Part shown: positions 8,214 through 17,080 of the stretch, one piece after another
Position numbering within the stretch: the first letter of the stretch is position 1
How the letters are laid out: each line of letters begins with the position of its first letter
Source: a virus
Lineage: Duplodnaviria > Caudoviricetes
DNA: 37,402 bases
IMG/VR virus record: IMGVR_UViG_3300032189_000003
Coordinates: 1-37,402 of that record
Strand: one strand, 5' to 3'
The notes under the pieces: model-generated
Told to the model about the DNA's origin: nothing
Seen by the model: only the letters and a program-made list of their open reading frames with translations
Database searches by the model: none
Position numbers and translations under genes: made by a program

Positions 8214-8277
8214 GTTTAGCATTCTAAACATCGGGCGGTTTAGATAACTTGCGTGCATCTGTTTATTTTTCTAAACT
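8214..8277. promoter_or_regulatory. oR region: three operators (8214-8229, 8238-8253, 8261-8276), pRM and pR
   Basis: GTTTAGCATTCTAAAC, GTTTAGATAACTTGCG, GTTTATTTTTCTAAAC; pR TTGCGT(8249)-17-TAAACT(8272). Confidence 0.8.
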
Positions 8278-8301
8278 CGGGAAAAACACGGAGCCAGCCA
8301 A

Positions 8302-8499
8302 ATGACCTACGAACAGGCGCTCGCCCATTTCAAAACGGGGCGCGCCATTGCCTTGGCCCTGGGAGTGAGCCCAGGTCGGATTTCTCAGTGCAAGTCGGAA
8401 GGTGGTTTTTCTTACCAGCATCAATGCGTGCTGGAGAAGGCGTCATCCGGAGCGCTTCAGGCGCGGGAAGAGGACGAGCCTCGCAGGGGTGCCTCCTGA
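8302..8499 (+). CDS. cro: Cro-like repressor
   Basis: Small HTH (AIALALGVSPGRISQ) divergent from cI. Confidence 0.88.
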   Translation: MTYEQALAHFKTGRAIALALGVSPGRISQCKSEGGFSYQHQCVLEKASSGALQAREEDEPRRGAS

Positions 8500-8548
8500 G
8501 GAAAAAGTCTATTCGCGAGACTCGGCGCCAGCTAGGCGGTCGCGACCC

Positions 8549-8564
8549 CTGTTCAGACATCCAG
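8549..8564. promoter_or_regulatory. Putative LexA (SOS) box CTGTTCAGACATCCAG
   Basis: CTG-N10-CAG with TA flank, intergenic between cro and antirepressor. Confidence 0.45.
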
Positions 8565-8577
8565 TAGAGCAGACAGC

Positions 8578-8603
8578 AAAAAGCCCGGGGCAACCGGGCT
8601 TTC
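8578..8603. terminator. tR1-like hairpin, possibly bidirectional
   Basis: AAAAAGCCCGG-GGCAA-CCGGGCTTTC. Confidence 0.6.
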
Positions 8604-8649
8604 TGAGGAGGCACCGGAGGGCGGTGCCGAACATCCAACGGAGACGAAT

Positions 8650-9354
8650 ATGTCACAAGTTGCAGTCATCCAACAAGGCCCGGTCCTGACGATGAGCAGT
8701 CGCGAGATTGCGGATTTGACCGGCAAGAAGCACAAGAACGTCTTGAGGGACATTCGGGAGATGCTGGAGGCGTTGAGGAGGGATGGCTCAGATTTGAGCC
8801 ATGTCCGGGAAGACCTCGACTCCCGCGGGTACACCGAGAATTTCCACCTCGACCGAGACCTGACCGAGACCCTCATCTCTGGATACAGCGTTCCCCTCCG
8901 GTACCGGGTGATTCGGCGACTCCACGAACTGGAGTCCAGCCAGATTCCGAGCATCCCAACAAACTTGCCAGAGGCACTCAGGCTCGCCGCCGATCAGGCC
9001 GAGCAGAACCATGCGTTGCGGCTGGTCATCAGCGAGCAGGCGCCCAAGATCCAGGCCCTGGAGCGACTCAGCGGTGCAGCAGGAACGATGTGCATCACCG
9101 ACGCTGCGAAGCACCTCAAGATCAACCCCGCCCGGCTCTTCGACTGGCTCCAGCAGAACCGATGGATCTACCGCCGGAGCGGCTCAGCCCGCTGGATCGG
9201 CTATCAGCCGCGAATCCAAGACGGCTGGGTCATGCACAAGGTGACGGTTCTCGGCCGGGACGACCAGGGCGACGAGCGTGCGGCGAGCCAGGTACGCATC
9301 ACTGCCAAGGGGCTGTCGGTGCTGGCGCGGAAGATCGAGGAGGGCAAGCTGTGA
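8650..9354 (+). CDS. Rha-family / KilAC (ANT) antirepressor
   Basis: TMSSREIADLTGKKHKNVLRDI Rha N-terminus; PTNLPEALRLAAD...APK...ITDAAKHL...VRITAKGL ANT C-terminus. Confidence 0.88.
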   Translation: MSQVAVIQQGPVLTMSSREIADLTGKKHKNVLRDIREMLEALRRDGSDLSHVREDLDSRGYTENFHLDRDLTETLISGYSVPLRYRVIRRLHELESSQIPSIPTNLPEALRLAADQAEQNHALRLVISEQAPKIQALERLSGAAGTMCITDAAKHLKINPARLFDWLQQNRWIYRRSGSARWIGYQPRIQDGWVMHKVTVLGRDDQGDERAASQVRITAKGLSVLARKIEEGKL

Positions 9355-9364
9355 TCCTCGGTAG

Positions 9365-9405
9365 CGTGTCGCGACACGAAATCACGAATCAAGAAAATGT
9401 GTCGC
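9365..9405 (+). repeat. Bipartite palindromic element, copy R: CGTGTCGCGACACG-N14-GAAAA-TGTGTCGC
   Basis: Read directly; matches 2999-3043 on the opposite strand. Confidence 0.75.
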
Positions 9406-9418
9406 CGGAGGTGCGCCA

Positions 9419-10252
9419 GTGAGCACGATCATCATGTCTGCCTGCTGGCCACTGCAGGGTCTGACGCCGGCGCAGAAGGCTGTGCTGATCAGCCTGGCGG
9501 ACAACGCGAACGACGAGGGCGTGTGCTGGCCTTCGGTGGCGAAGATCGCCGAGCGCACCTGCCTGTCCGAACGTGCCGTGCAGCAGGCTATCAAGGTGCT
9601 GAACGAGTGCAAGGCGCTGAGCATTGAAGCGCGCCAGGGGAGGTCGACGATGTTCACCGTAACCCCCGCAGCATTTGCACCCCCGCAGAAGGTTCACCAC
9701 CGCAGGAAATGCACCCCCGCAGCATCTGCACCCACCCCCGCAGATGCTGCACCCCAACCCCCGCAGGAAATGCACCCCACCCCCGCAGCATCTGCACCCA
9801 GAACCGTAATAGAACCTACAAGGGAACCATCAGGGAACCTTTTGCCGGCCGATTCCGGCCAGCCCGATGCGGAGCGTGATCGGCAACAGGCATGCCGAGC
9901 GATCTGGTCGGCGTATGCGGCAGCGTACCAGCACCGGCACGGAACCCATCCGGTGCGAAACTCGAAGGTCAACGGTCAGGTTCGCGACCTGCTGAAGCGC
10001 CTGGGCGCTGAGGAGGCTCCGGCGGTGGCCGCGTACTTCGTCGGCATCAACGACGCCTATCTGATCCGCAACTTTCACGACCTGGGCTTGCTGCTGGCCA
10101 GGGCGGAGTCGTATCGCACCCAGTGGGCGACTGACCGGCAGATGAACGGGACCACTGCTCGGCAACTGGAGCGCACTCAGGCGAACCTGAACGCCGCCAA
10201 GGAGGCTGCGGAGAGCATCCGAGAGGAGGGGCGCGCCAATGCTTTCCTGTGA
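9419..10252 (+). CDS. Replication initiator (HTH_36 N-terminus)
   Basis: KAVLISLADNANDEGVCWPSVAKIAERTCLSERAV; internal iterons. Confidence 0.85.
   Translation: MSTIIMSACWPLQGLTPAQKAVLISLADNANDEGVCWPSVAKIAERTCLSERAVQQAIKVLNECKALSIEARQGRSTMFTVTPAAFAPPQKVHHRRKCTPAASAPTPADAAPQPPQEMHPTPAASAPRTVIEPTREPSGNLLPADSGQPDAERDRQQACRAIWSAYAAAYQHRHGTHPVRNSKVNGQVRDLLKRLGAEEAPAVAAYFVGINDAYLIRNFHDLGLLLARAESYRTQWATDRQMNGTTARQLERTQANLNAAKEAAESIREEGRANAFL
9662..9799 (+). repeat. Replication origin iterons, 7 x CCGCAG-N4-T(G/T)CACC
   Basis: Tandem repeats inside initiator gene, as in lambda O. Confidence 0.8.
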
Positions 10253-11036
10253 CGAACAGGCCGACCTGGCCGCCGCGCTGGTGGCGACTGCTGAAACGCT
10301 TGGCCAGGAGATGAGTGCCAATGCCGCGAAGCTGATGGCCAAGGATCTCGCAGAGTATCCGGGGGAGGCGATCCGCAGCGCTCTGCAGGCGTGCCGCCGT
10401 GAATTGACCGGAAAACTCACCCTCGCAGCCATCCTGCAGCGTGTGCAGGCAGTCGATGGCCGGCCTGAACCGAATGAGGCCTGGGCGCTGGCGCTGGAAG
10501 CATCGGACGAGCGCGCAACGGTGGTCCTCACCCCGGAGATTCAGGAAGCGCTCACCATCGCTGCGCCGATCCTGGAGGCGAGAGACAAGGTGGGTGCCCG
10601 CATGGCGTTCATATCGGCCTATGAGCGCGCAGTGTCTCGCTCCCGGCGAGAGGCGCTTCCTGTCGAGTGGCGTGTGTCCCTTGGTCACGACGAGGACGGC
10701 CGTCAGGCTGGTATCCAGAAAGCCGCAGCGCTAAACCGCCTGCCAGCCGCTGAGGTGGCGCGCCTGGAGGGAGTGGTGGTTCTTCAACTGCCGGCCCCAA
10801 CAGATGCCGGCCAGGCGATCGCCGGGCTGCTCACTGGCAATGCCCCTGCCGAGGTCACGAAGGCACCGAAGGGGTTCGCGGAAAACATGGCGAAGCTCAA
10901 GGAAAGTCTTGCCGCCCACCGCGCTCAGCGCGAGCAGAAAGAGAAGGACGAGGCCGCCAGGCGGCGCGCCGATCTCAACGAACGAATCAACCGGCACAAC
11001 GAGGCCATACAACAGCTACAGGAGTCCCGTTCATGA
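10239..11036 (+). CDS. Replication accessory / helicase-loader-like protein
   Basis: Position after initiator; LTLAAIL...DGRPEPNEAWA motif. Confidence 0.65.
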   Translation: MLSCDEQADLAAALVATAETLGQEMSANAAKLMAKDLAEYPGEAIRSALQACRRELTGKLTLAAILQRVQAVDGRPEPNEAWALALEASDERATVVLTPEIQEALTIAAPILEARDKVGARMAFISAYERAVSRSRREALPVEWRVSLGHDEDGRQAGIQKAAALNRLPAAEVARLEGVVVLQLPAPTDAGQAIAGLLTGNAPAEVTKAPKGFAENMAKLKESLAAHRAQREQKEKDEAARRRADLNERINRHNEAIQQLQESRS

Positions 11037-11239
11037 AGTGGAAGGCGCTCAACGATTATCTAGCGGTTAGCGACAGCTCCCCGCCCTACAAGGTTTGCAA
11101 GCTCTTGGTCGCCGGCAAGGCTCACTACCGGGCGAGCGTTCAAGGCGAATTCATTTGCGCCCCAGTTGCGTCGGCGAAAGAGGCTCAGGCTATTTGCGAG
11201 CGTCACCACCAGATCATGTATCCGCGGGAGGTCGCGTGA
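11033..11239 (+). CDS. Hypothetical protein (68 aa)
   Basis: ATGA and GTGA overlaps on both sides. Confidence 0.75.
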   Translation: MKWKALNDYLAVSDSSPPYKVCKLLVAGKAHYRASVQGEFICAPVASAKEAQAICERHHQIMYPREVA

Positions 11240-11607
11240 AGGGGCGGGCCGTTACTTCGGAGCAGAAGCGGTGGCACGACCTGCTGGCGCGCCAGGTGGG
11301 ATGCATCGCATGTCGAGTGTCCATGGGGATCGTGAACAACTATTGCAGCATCCACCACGTGGACGGAAGAACGAAACCCCATGCGCATTGGTATGTGCTT
11401 CCGCTGTGCGCTGGCCATCATCAGAACGGATACGGCGGCGAGGGATTCACCGGGATCGCTGTCCACCCCTACAAGGCGCGCTTTGAGACAGAGTACGGAG
11501 CCCAGTCGGACCTGCTTTCGAAATGCGCCTCGATCCTGGCGGAGGAGGGGCACGACATACCGGCGGGGTTCCTCGCATGGCTGGACGGTAGCGAGGTAGA
11601 GGCATGA
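11236..11607 (+). CDS. Ref-like (recombination enhancement) HNH-type nuclease
   Basis: GCIAC...IHH...LPLCAGHH...AVHPYKARFETEYG; GTG start overlapping upstream stop. Confidence 0.75.
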   Translation: MKGRAVTSEQKRWHDLLARQVGCIACRVSMGIVNNYCSIHHVDGRTKPHAHWYVLPLCAGHHQNGYGGEGFTGIAVHPYKARFETEYGAQSDLLSKCASILAEEGHDIPAGFLAWLDGSEVEA

Positions 11608-11951
11608 TCTCGATTCGCCTTCCTTGGCCGCCCAGCAATAACACCTACTACCGCAACACATCTTCCGGAACGCTGATCAGCGAGCGCGGCAGGAGCTATC
11701 GCAGATCGGTATTGCAGCACTGCCTTGCGCAAGGCATCAGGAGGACGGCCGGATCTGTTCGGGTTGTTATCCATGCATGCCCACCAGATCGGCGAAAGCG
11801 CGACCTCGACAATCTCCTCAAGGGGCTCCTTGACTCGCTAACCAAGGCTGGCGCCTGGGATGACGACGGCCTGGTAGATGACCTGCGGATTGTTCGCGGG
11901 GAAGTGAAAGTTGGGGGCGAGGTGCTGGTCACCATCGAGGCGCTGGCATGA
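11604..11951 (+). CDS. rusA: RusA Holliday junction resolvase
   Basis: LPWPPSNNTYYR...PPDRRKRDLDNLLKGLLDSL...DDGLV. Confidence 0.92.
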   Translation: MISIRLPWPPSNNTYYRNTSSGTLISERGRSYRRSVLQHCLAQGIRRTAGSVRVVIHACPPDRRKRDLDNLLKGLLDSLTKAGAWDDDGLVDDLRIVRGEVKVGGEVLVTIEALA

Positions 11952-12247
11952 AAAAGACACATGGTCCAGATCTGACGACCAAGCCGCGCGTGCTCGCTCA
12001 GTGCTCCGTTTGCCACGGAAAAGGGTACAGCCTTGGCGTTTTCCACGAGATCGATTGCGCCGCTTGTGGAGCGGCGGGGTTCGTCGATGGCGTGACGGGG
12101 CTGGCGCTGGAGCAGCGGGATGCGGTGGTTCAACTGCGGATGTGGGTAAAGCGGCTGCTGGAAGAGCAGCGACGCCAGGTGAGCAGGCTGGCGCGAGAAG
12201 AGAACAACCAGCGGGGCGCCGGCGGCTCCCACTTCAGAGGCGACTGA
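11948..12247 (+). CDS. Hypothetical Zn-finger protein (CxxCxGxG)
   Basis: CSVCHGKG...CAACGAAG. Confidence 0.75.
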   Translation: MKKTHGPDLTTKPRVLAQCSVCHGKGYSLGVFHEIDCAACGAAGFVDGVTGLALEQRDAVVQLRMWVKRLLEEQRRQVSRLAREENNQRGAGGSHFRGD

Positions 12248-12248
12248 A

Positions 12249-12623
12249 ATGAACATCAAGGCGTTGGAATTTCTGATGGAGCAATACGGGCTGTGGGTTT
12301 GGTCCGACAATGGCACGCCTCGCGGCTCTTCGCCGATGCTGGCGCTGATGAAGCGGAACCCTGCGAACGAAAAACGGTTTGCTGCTGTGATCCCCTGCAT
12401 CAGTGATGATCGGGCGATGCAAGTGGACCGGTTTCTCGCTCGCCTGTACGCCGAAGACCCGGATGCCATCCGCAGCCTGATCCTCTACTTCATCCATGGC
12501 ATGTCGTATCGAGATATTCAGGATCGGATGGGCATCAGCTACGCGGACGCACGCATGCTTGTTCGAGCGGGCCTGTCAGCTCTGCTGGCGTGCTTCGTGA
12601 TGGAGGAGAAAAAGGCTGCCTGA
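12249..12623 (+). CDS. Late antiterminator Q-like protein
   Basis: Position before pR'/lysis; ISDDRAMQVD...ILYF...SYRDIQDRMGIS sigma4-like HTH. Confidence 0.8.
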   Translation: MNIKALEFLMEQYGLWVWSDNGTPRGSSPMLALMKRNPANEKRFAAVIPCISDDRAMQVDRFLARLYAEDPDAIRSLILYFIHGMSYRDIQDRMGISYADARMLVRAGLSALLACFVMEEKKAA

Positions 12624-12674
12624 AGAAATGTACAGGCTGGACGTATTGACAGTGATAATCGCGGCCTGTACCTT
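12620..12674 (+). promoter_or_regulatory. Late promoter pR' overlapped by two tandem LexA-like boxes
   Basis: TTGACA(12646)-17-TACCTT(12669); CTG-N10-CAG at 12620-12635 and 12637-12652. Confidence 0.65.
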
Positions 12675-12730
12675 TCGTCATACATTGCGGTTTTGCCGCT
12701 TAGGCGAACTGCCGCAGAGCGGAACGCCAG

Positions 12731-12760
12731 AAAAAGCCCAGCCTTCGAGCTGGGCTTTTT
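12731..12760 (+). terminator. tR' terminator
   Basis: AAAAGCCCAGC-CTTCGA-GCTGGGCTTTTT; a similar second hairpin at about 12834-12863. Confidence 0.8.
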
Positions 12761-12890
12761 CGTTTCTGCAGGTGGCGCATTGCGCTGCGGGGCGCGCGGC
12801 CCCCTTGAAAGGCCGTACCTGCACCTATCCCTGGCCCAGCCCTCGCGCTGGGCTTTTTCATTTCCGCCCCGCCGAGGGGATATCGAGACT

Positions 12891-13205
12891 ATGAAGATGC
12901 CAGAGAAGGACCCGTCATTCTGGGCCACGGTGCTGCTCGCGCTGCGCGAGCAAGGGCTGGCGATGGGGCTCGCTTTCATCCTTACCTGGCTCCGTACCCA
13001 GTACGAGGGGAAGGAGCCGAGCATTGTTCGGCAACTGATCGAGGCGGCCCTTGGCGCGATGCTGGTTATGGTTGTCGGTCTCACCGCCAAGGAGTTTGGC
13101 TGGAGCCCTGCCTGGCAGTTTTTTGCCGCCGGCTTCGTTGGTGTCCTCGGGGTAAGCACCGTGCAAAAGCTGGGCGCGCGCTGGGCGGAAAGGAAGGTTG
13201 GCTGA
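12891..13205 (+). CDS. Lambda-family holin with Met-Lys-Met dual start
   Basis: MKMPEKDP..., three hydrophobic segments, basic C-terminus, directly before endolysin. Confidence 0.9.
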   Translation: MKMPEKDPSFWATVLLALREQGLAMGLAFILTWLRTQYEGKEPSIVRQLIEAALGAMLVMVVGLTAKEFGWSPAWQFFAAGFVGVLGVSTVQKLGARWAERKVG

Positions 13206-13822
13206 TGAACATCACCGCCGATCAACTCGACCGCGCTACCGGCTGTGGCGCCGCTACTGCATCGACCTGGATCGAGCACATCAACGGTGCCATGGCTCGG
13301 TTCGAGATCAACACGGCTGAGCGGGTGGCGATGTTCCTGGCTCAGGTCGGGCACGAAAGCCAAAGCCTCAAGCGAGTGGTCGAGAACCTGAACTACTCCG
13401 CCGAGGGGCTGCTCAAGACCTGGCCGACGCGTTTTACGGCGGCCGAGGCGAAGCAGTACGCCCGCCAGCCAGAGCGCATCGCGAACCGCGTCTATTCCAA
13501 CAGGATGGGCAATGGTTCGCCGGATACGGGCGATGGGTATCGATACCGGGGACGCGGCCTGATCATGATTACGGGCCACGACAACTACGCCGAAGCTGCA
13601 CGTGCCCTGGCGCTGCCACTGGTGGCGCAACCGGAACTGCTGGAGCAACGGACCTGGGCAGCAATCGCCGCGGGGTGGTTCTGGCAGTCGCGGGGTTTAA
13701 ACGACCTGGCTGATCAAGGTCGATTCGAGCGGATCACGCTGAAGATCAACGGCGGCTACAACGGCGCAGACGACCGTGCGGCTCGCCTCGATTGGGCGCG
13801 CGCTGCCTTGGCTGGTGCGTGA
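13205..13822 (+). CDS. Glycoside hydrolase family 19 endolysin
   Basis: FLAQVGHES...ENLNYS...YRGRGLIMITGHDNY...INGGYNG. Confidence 0.93.
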   Translation: MNITADQLDRATGCGAATASTWIEHINGAMARFEINTAERVAMFLAQVGHESQSLKRVVENLNYSAEGLLKTWPTRFTAAEAKQYARQPERIANRVYSNRMGNGSPDTGDGYRYRGRGLIMITGHDNYAEAARALALPLVAQPELLEQRTWAAIAAGWFWQSRGLNDLADQGRFERITLKINGGYNGADDRAARLDWARAALAGA

Positions 13823-14271
13823 TGAGGTGGGCTCCATGGTTGATCGTCGCGCTCGTTGCGATGGGGATGATGTGGCGGATGGACCGCCTGAGCCTGCAAG
13901 TGACTGCAGAGCGGGAGCGTGCTGGCGTCGCGGTGCAGGAGCGTGACCGCAATCAGCACCTGATCGACCTGCAGGCCGGCGTCCTCGCTGAACAGCAACG
14001 CCAACTCGGTCGCGTCGCCGAGATCGAACGGCAAACCCGCCAGCTCGGCCAGGCCTTGGAGATACAGGGCACGCGCCACGCTGCGGCGTTACGGGAGTTG
14101 AAAGAGAATGACCAGGCTGTTCGCGAATGGCTGCGTGCTGGCATCCCTGCTGGCCTTGGCCGGATGTACGCCCGCCCCGAAACCACTGACCCCAGCGCCT
14201 ACCGCGCAGCAGGCCAAGTGTCCACTGACGCCGTGTCGGCTCCCCGGCCGTCCGCCGCTGGCGAACGGTGA
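13822..14271 (+). CDS. i-spanin (Rz/LysB-like)
   Basis: N-terminal TM helix then coiled coil; follows endolysin. Confidence 0.8.
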   Translation: MRWAPWLIVALVAMGMMWRMDRLSLQVTAERERAGVAVQERDRNQHLIDLQAGVLAEQQRQLGRVAEIERQTRQLGQALEIQGTRHAAALRELKENDQAVREWLRAGIPAGLGRMYARPETTDPSAYRAAGQVSTDAVSAPRPSAAGER

Positions 14272-14359
14272 AGATGCAACCGCGGCGATTGATGCTGTTG
14301 AGGCTGCGTTGACAGCGTGCGCGGTACAGGTGCTGGACTGCATCGAGCGACAGGAGTGA
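14108..14359 (+). CDS. o-spanin lipoprotein (Rz1/LysC-like)
   Basis: Lipobox LAGC, Pro-rich, overlaps i-spanin in another frame. Confidence 0.8.
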   Translation: MTRLFANGCVLASLLALAGCTPAPKPLTPAPTAQQAKCPLTPCRLPGRPPLANGEDATAAIDAVEAALTACAVQVLDCIERQE

Positions 14360-14362
14360 TCC

Positions 14363-14782
14363 ATGCCGAGACGACCAGCTCGGATATGCAGTGAGGTCGG
14401 GTGCGGCAAGCCTTCTGTTACCGGAAGCTTCTATTGCGCGATGCACAAGAGGGCTGCTGACGAGCGCCGCGCAGCATCAGCCAAGCAGGCCCACAAGAAG
14501 TACAACGCACGCCGTGACGATAGCGATGCCTTCTACAAGACCGAGCGGTGGCGTCGTCTAAGCATTTACTACCGCAAGCTCCATCCACTCTGCGAGGAGT
14601 GCGAGGGTAGAGGACTGATCGTCGAGAGTCGAATGGTCGACCACATCAAGGCAGTCAAGAGCCATCCAGAGCTGGCGCTCTCATGGGACAACCTGCGAGC
14701 CCTGTGCTGGACCTGCCATAACCAGATCGGCGAGAAGGTCGGATTGGTGGGTTCGGGCCCGCCTGAGCAATCGAATGACTAG
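14363..14782 (+). CDS. HNH endonuclease (packaging-associated, HK97 gp74-like)
   Basis: PLCEEC...VDHI...DNLRALCWTCHN; adjacent to terS. Confidence 0.9.
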   Translation: MPRRPARICSEVGCGKPSVTGSFYCAMHKRAADERRAASAKQAHKKYNARRDDSDAFYKTERWRRLSIYYRKLHPLCEECEGRGLIVESRMVDHIKAVKSHPELALSWDNLRALCWTCHNQIGEKVGLVGSGPPEQSND

Positions 14783-14913
14783 TGCACCAAAGTGGTGCAA
14801 AAAAGCACCGGGAGGGGGGTATCGAAAGTCTGGAACTTTCGAGCCCCGAACGACGGGGGGAGCCAAATTTTCGCACCGTCAAAATTCTATTTTGAAAATG
14901 TGAGGCTCGATTT
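14783..14913. other. Probable cos (packaging) region
   Basis: Intergenic between HNH and terS with G-runs and AT tracts; positional inference, cut site not determined. Confidence 0.5.
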
Positions 14914-15324
14914 ATGGGGCGGAAGAGCACGCCTCCGCACCTCAAGGTTCTGGCAGGCACTGATCGCCCGGATCGCGATGTGCCGGATGCACCAGAGTTC
15001 GATCTGATCCAAGAATTCCCAGAGGCACCGATGCACCTGAATCGAGACGGAGCCGAAATGTGGAACCAGCTCGGACCTCAGTTGGTTGCCGCGAAGGTTC
15101 TGCAGGTCGTCGACCTGTACTCGCTAGAGCAGCTTTGCTTCGCCTGGCAGTGTTTCCGCAAGAAGGCGCGTGCCGATATGGAGGCAACCGCCGCCGAGCA
15201 AACCGCTCTCAAGGCACTGTTTTCTGAGTTCGGAATGACTCCGGCCAGTCGCCGCAAGGTTTCGTCTGCCGGCGAGAAGCAGGCCGGAAATCCATTTGCG
15301 AAGAATGGGAGGCGCGGTGCGTGA
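14914..15324 (+). CDS. terS: Terminase small subunit (P27 family)
   Basis: MGRKSTPPHLKVLAG...EFGMTPASRRKV. Confidence 0.9.
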   Translation: MGRKSTPPHLKVLAGTDRPDRDVPDAPEFDLIQEFPEAPMHLNRDGAEMWNQLGPQLVAAKVLQVVDLYSLEQLCFAWQCFRKKARADMEATAAEQTALKALFSEFGMTPASRRKVSSAGEKQAGNPFAKNGRRGA

Positions 15325-17080
15325 TTACGTCAAAATCGCCCTCGACTATGCCAAGGCAGCAATCGCCGATAAAAGTCGTAAGAAGCATGGTCTGCTGATA
15401 CGTCAGGCTGCAAAGCGGTTTGTCGACGATCTGAAGCGGGCGAAAAAGAAGTCTTGTCCGTTCTTCTTCGACGAGTGGCACGCCAACGATGCATGCGACT
15501 TCATCGAGAAACTACCCCACGTCGAGGGGAAGTGGGATACGCCTACGATCGTTATGCACCCGTCGCACGTCTTCTTTGTCGTGCAGCTCTTCGGGTTCCG
15601 CAAGCGCGAGTGGATTCAGGTAGATGGCTGGGGTGATGACGACCGGTTCTACCCGCGCCGGTTCACCTCCGCGCTGTTCGCGGTGGCCCGGAAGAATGCC
15701 AAGAGCACCTTGTCGTCGAGCATCCTGCTGTACTGCGAATGTTGTGAGCCGGAGGAGGGCGCCCAGGTCATCAGCGCCGCGACCACCTTCCCGCAGGCGA
15801 GCATCATCTTCAACGTCGCCAAGCGCATGGTCGAGAAGACGTCGGCGCTGCGCGAGGCGTTCGGGCTGGAGACCTGGGCCAAGGCGATCACCCGTTTCGA
15901 GACGGGCGCGACCTTCAAGCCGATCCATGCCAAGGCCAGCACCCAGGACGGTCTGAACCCGTCGCACGTCGGTCTCGACGAGATCCACGCGCACAAGAGC
16001 GCTGACCTGCTGAACGTCCTGACCTCGGCGGCCGGCGCCCGCGGCAACCCGCTGTGGCTGTACACCACTACCGAGGGTTACACCAACCCGGGGCCGTGGG
16101 GCGAGATGCGGCAGTTCGCGAAGCGGCTGCTGGCGGGCGTCTTCGGTACCACGGCTGACCACTTCCTGGTGGTCTTCTACGCCGTCGACGAAGAGAACAA
16201 GACCCTCAAGATCAAGGCGGACGACGAGTTCGACGAGCGGGTCTGGGTAAAGGCCAACCCGCTCATGGATGCCAACAAGCATCTGCTCTCCGCCATTCGC
16301 AAGGAAGCGATCGAGGCTAAGCAGATGCCCTCGAAGCTGGCGGAGTTCCGCATCAAGCGGCTCAACCGGCCGGCCTCGACGGCGACCGGTTGGGTCGACC
16401 TGACGAAGTGGGGCAAGTGCTCCGGCGAGGTGGATCTTGAATGGCTGGCGCAGTACCCATGCTGGGGCGGCCTCGACCTGGCCAGCACCACCGACCTGAC
16501 GTGCTTGCGCCTGGTGTGGAACGTGGACGGCATGCTGTACACCCACGGCTGGCGATGGGCCCCGGAGAGTTCGGTGGCGTTCCGCACTGAGCGCGGCACA
16601 GTGCCGTACGCAGCCTGGGTTGAGATGGGTCTGCTGAAGCAGACCGAGGGTGACGTCGCCGACTATGCAGTGATCGAGCGGGACATTCTCGCGGCTGTTG
16701 AGCGTTTCGGCGTGAAGTTGATTGCGTACGACCGCTGGAACGCCTCCGACCTGGTCAACCGCCTGGTGGCGGAGGAGGTGCCAATGCTGGAGTTCATCCA
16801 GGGCACTAAGTCCTACCACCCGACGATGCAGGCCCTGGAGGTCGCGTACATCAGCGGCAAGCTGGCCCACGGTGGCGATCCGCTGCTGAACTGGTGCGCC
16901 TCCAACGTGATCCCGCGCTATGACGGGAACATGAGCATGGCGCCCGACAAGAAGAAGTCGCCCGACAAGATCGACGATATGACCGCGCTGCTGATGGCGA
17001 TCGGCGCATCGAAGGCTGAGGTCGAAGACTCAGGCGATCTGGACGACTTCACCTCCAACCCGATCATGGTAGGCCTCTGA
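15317..17080 (+). CDS. terL: Terminase large subunit
   Basis: Walker A VARKNAKS, Walker B GLDEIH, GGLDLAST, DKIDD; GTG 15317 after GGAGG. Confidence 0.95.
   Translation: MRDYVKIALDYAKAAIADKSRKKHGLLIRQAAKRFVDDLKRAKKKSCPFFFDEWHANDACDFIEKLPHVEGKWDTPTIVMHPSHVFFVVQLFGFRKREWIQVDGWGDDDRFYPRRFTSALFAVARKNAKSTLSSSILLYCECCEPEEGAQVISAATTFPQASIIFNVAKRMVEKTSALREAFGLETWAKAITRFETGATFKPIHAKASTQDGLNPSHVGLDEIHAHKSADLLNVLTSAAGARGNPLWLYTTTEGYTNPGPWGEMRQFAKRLLAGVFGTTADHFLVVFYAVDEENKTLKIKADDEFDERVWVKANPLMDANKHLLSAIRKEAIEAKQMPSKLAEFRIKRLNRPASTATGWVDLTKWGKCSGEVDLEWLAQYPCWGGLDLASTTDLTCLRLVWNVDGMLYTHGWRWAPESSVAFRTERGTVPYAAWVEMGLLKQTEGDVADYAVIERDILAAVERFGVKLIAYDRWNASDLVNRLVAEEVPMLEFIQGTKSYHPTMQALEVAYISGKLAHGGDPLLNWCASNVIPRYDGNMSMAPDKKKSPDKIDDMTALLMAIGASKAEVEDSGDLDDFTSNPIMVGL

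Noticed and set aside
9662-9799. Repeat cluster as CRISPR or DGR-type repeat
   Set aside because: No unique spacers and no reverse transcriptase; explained as origin iterons within the initiator gene.
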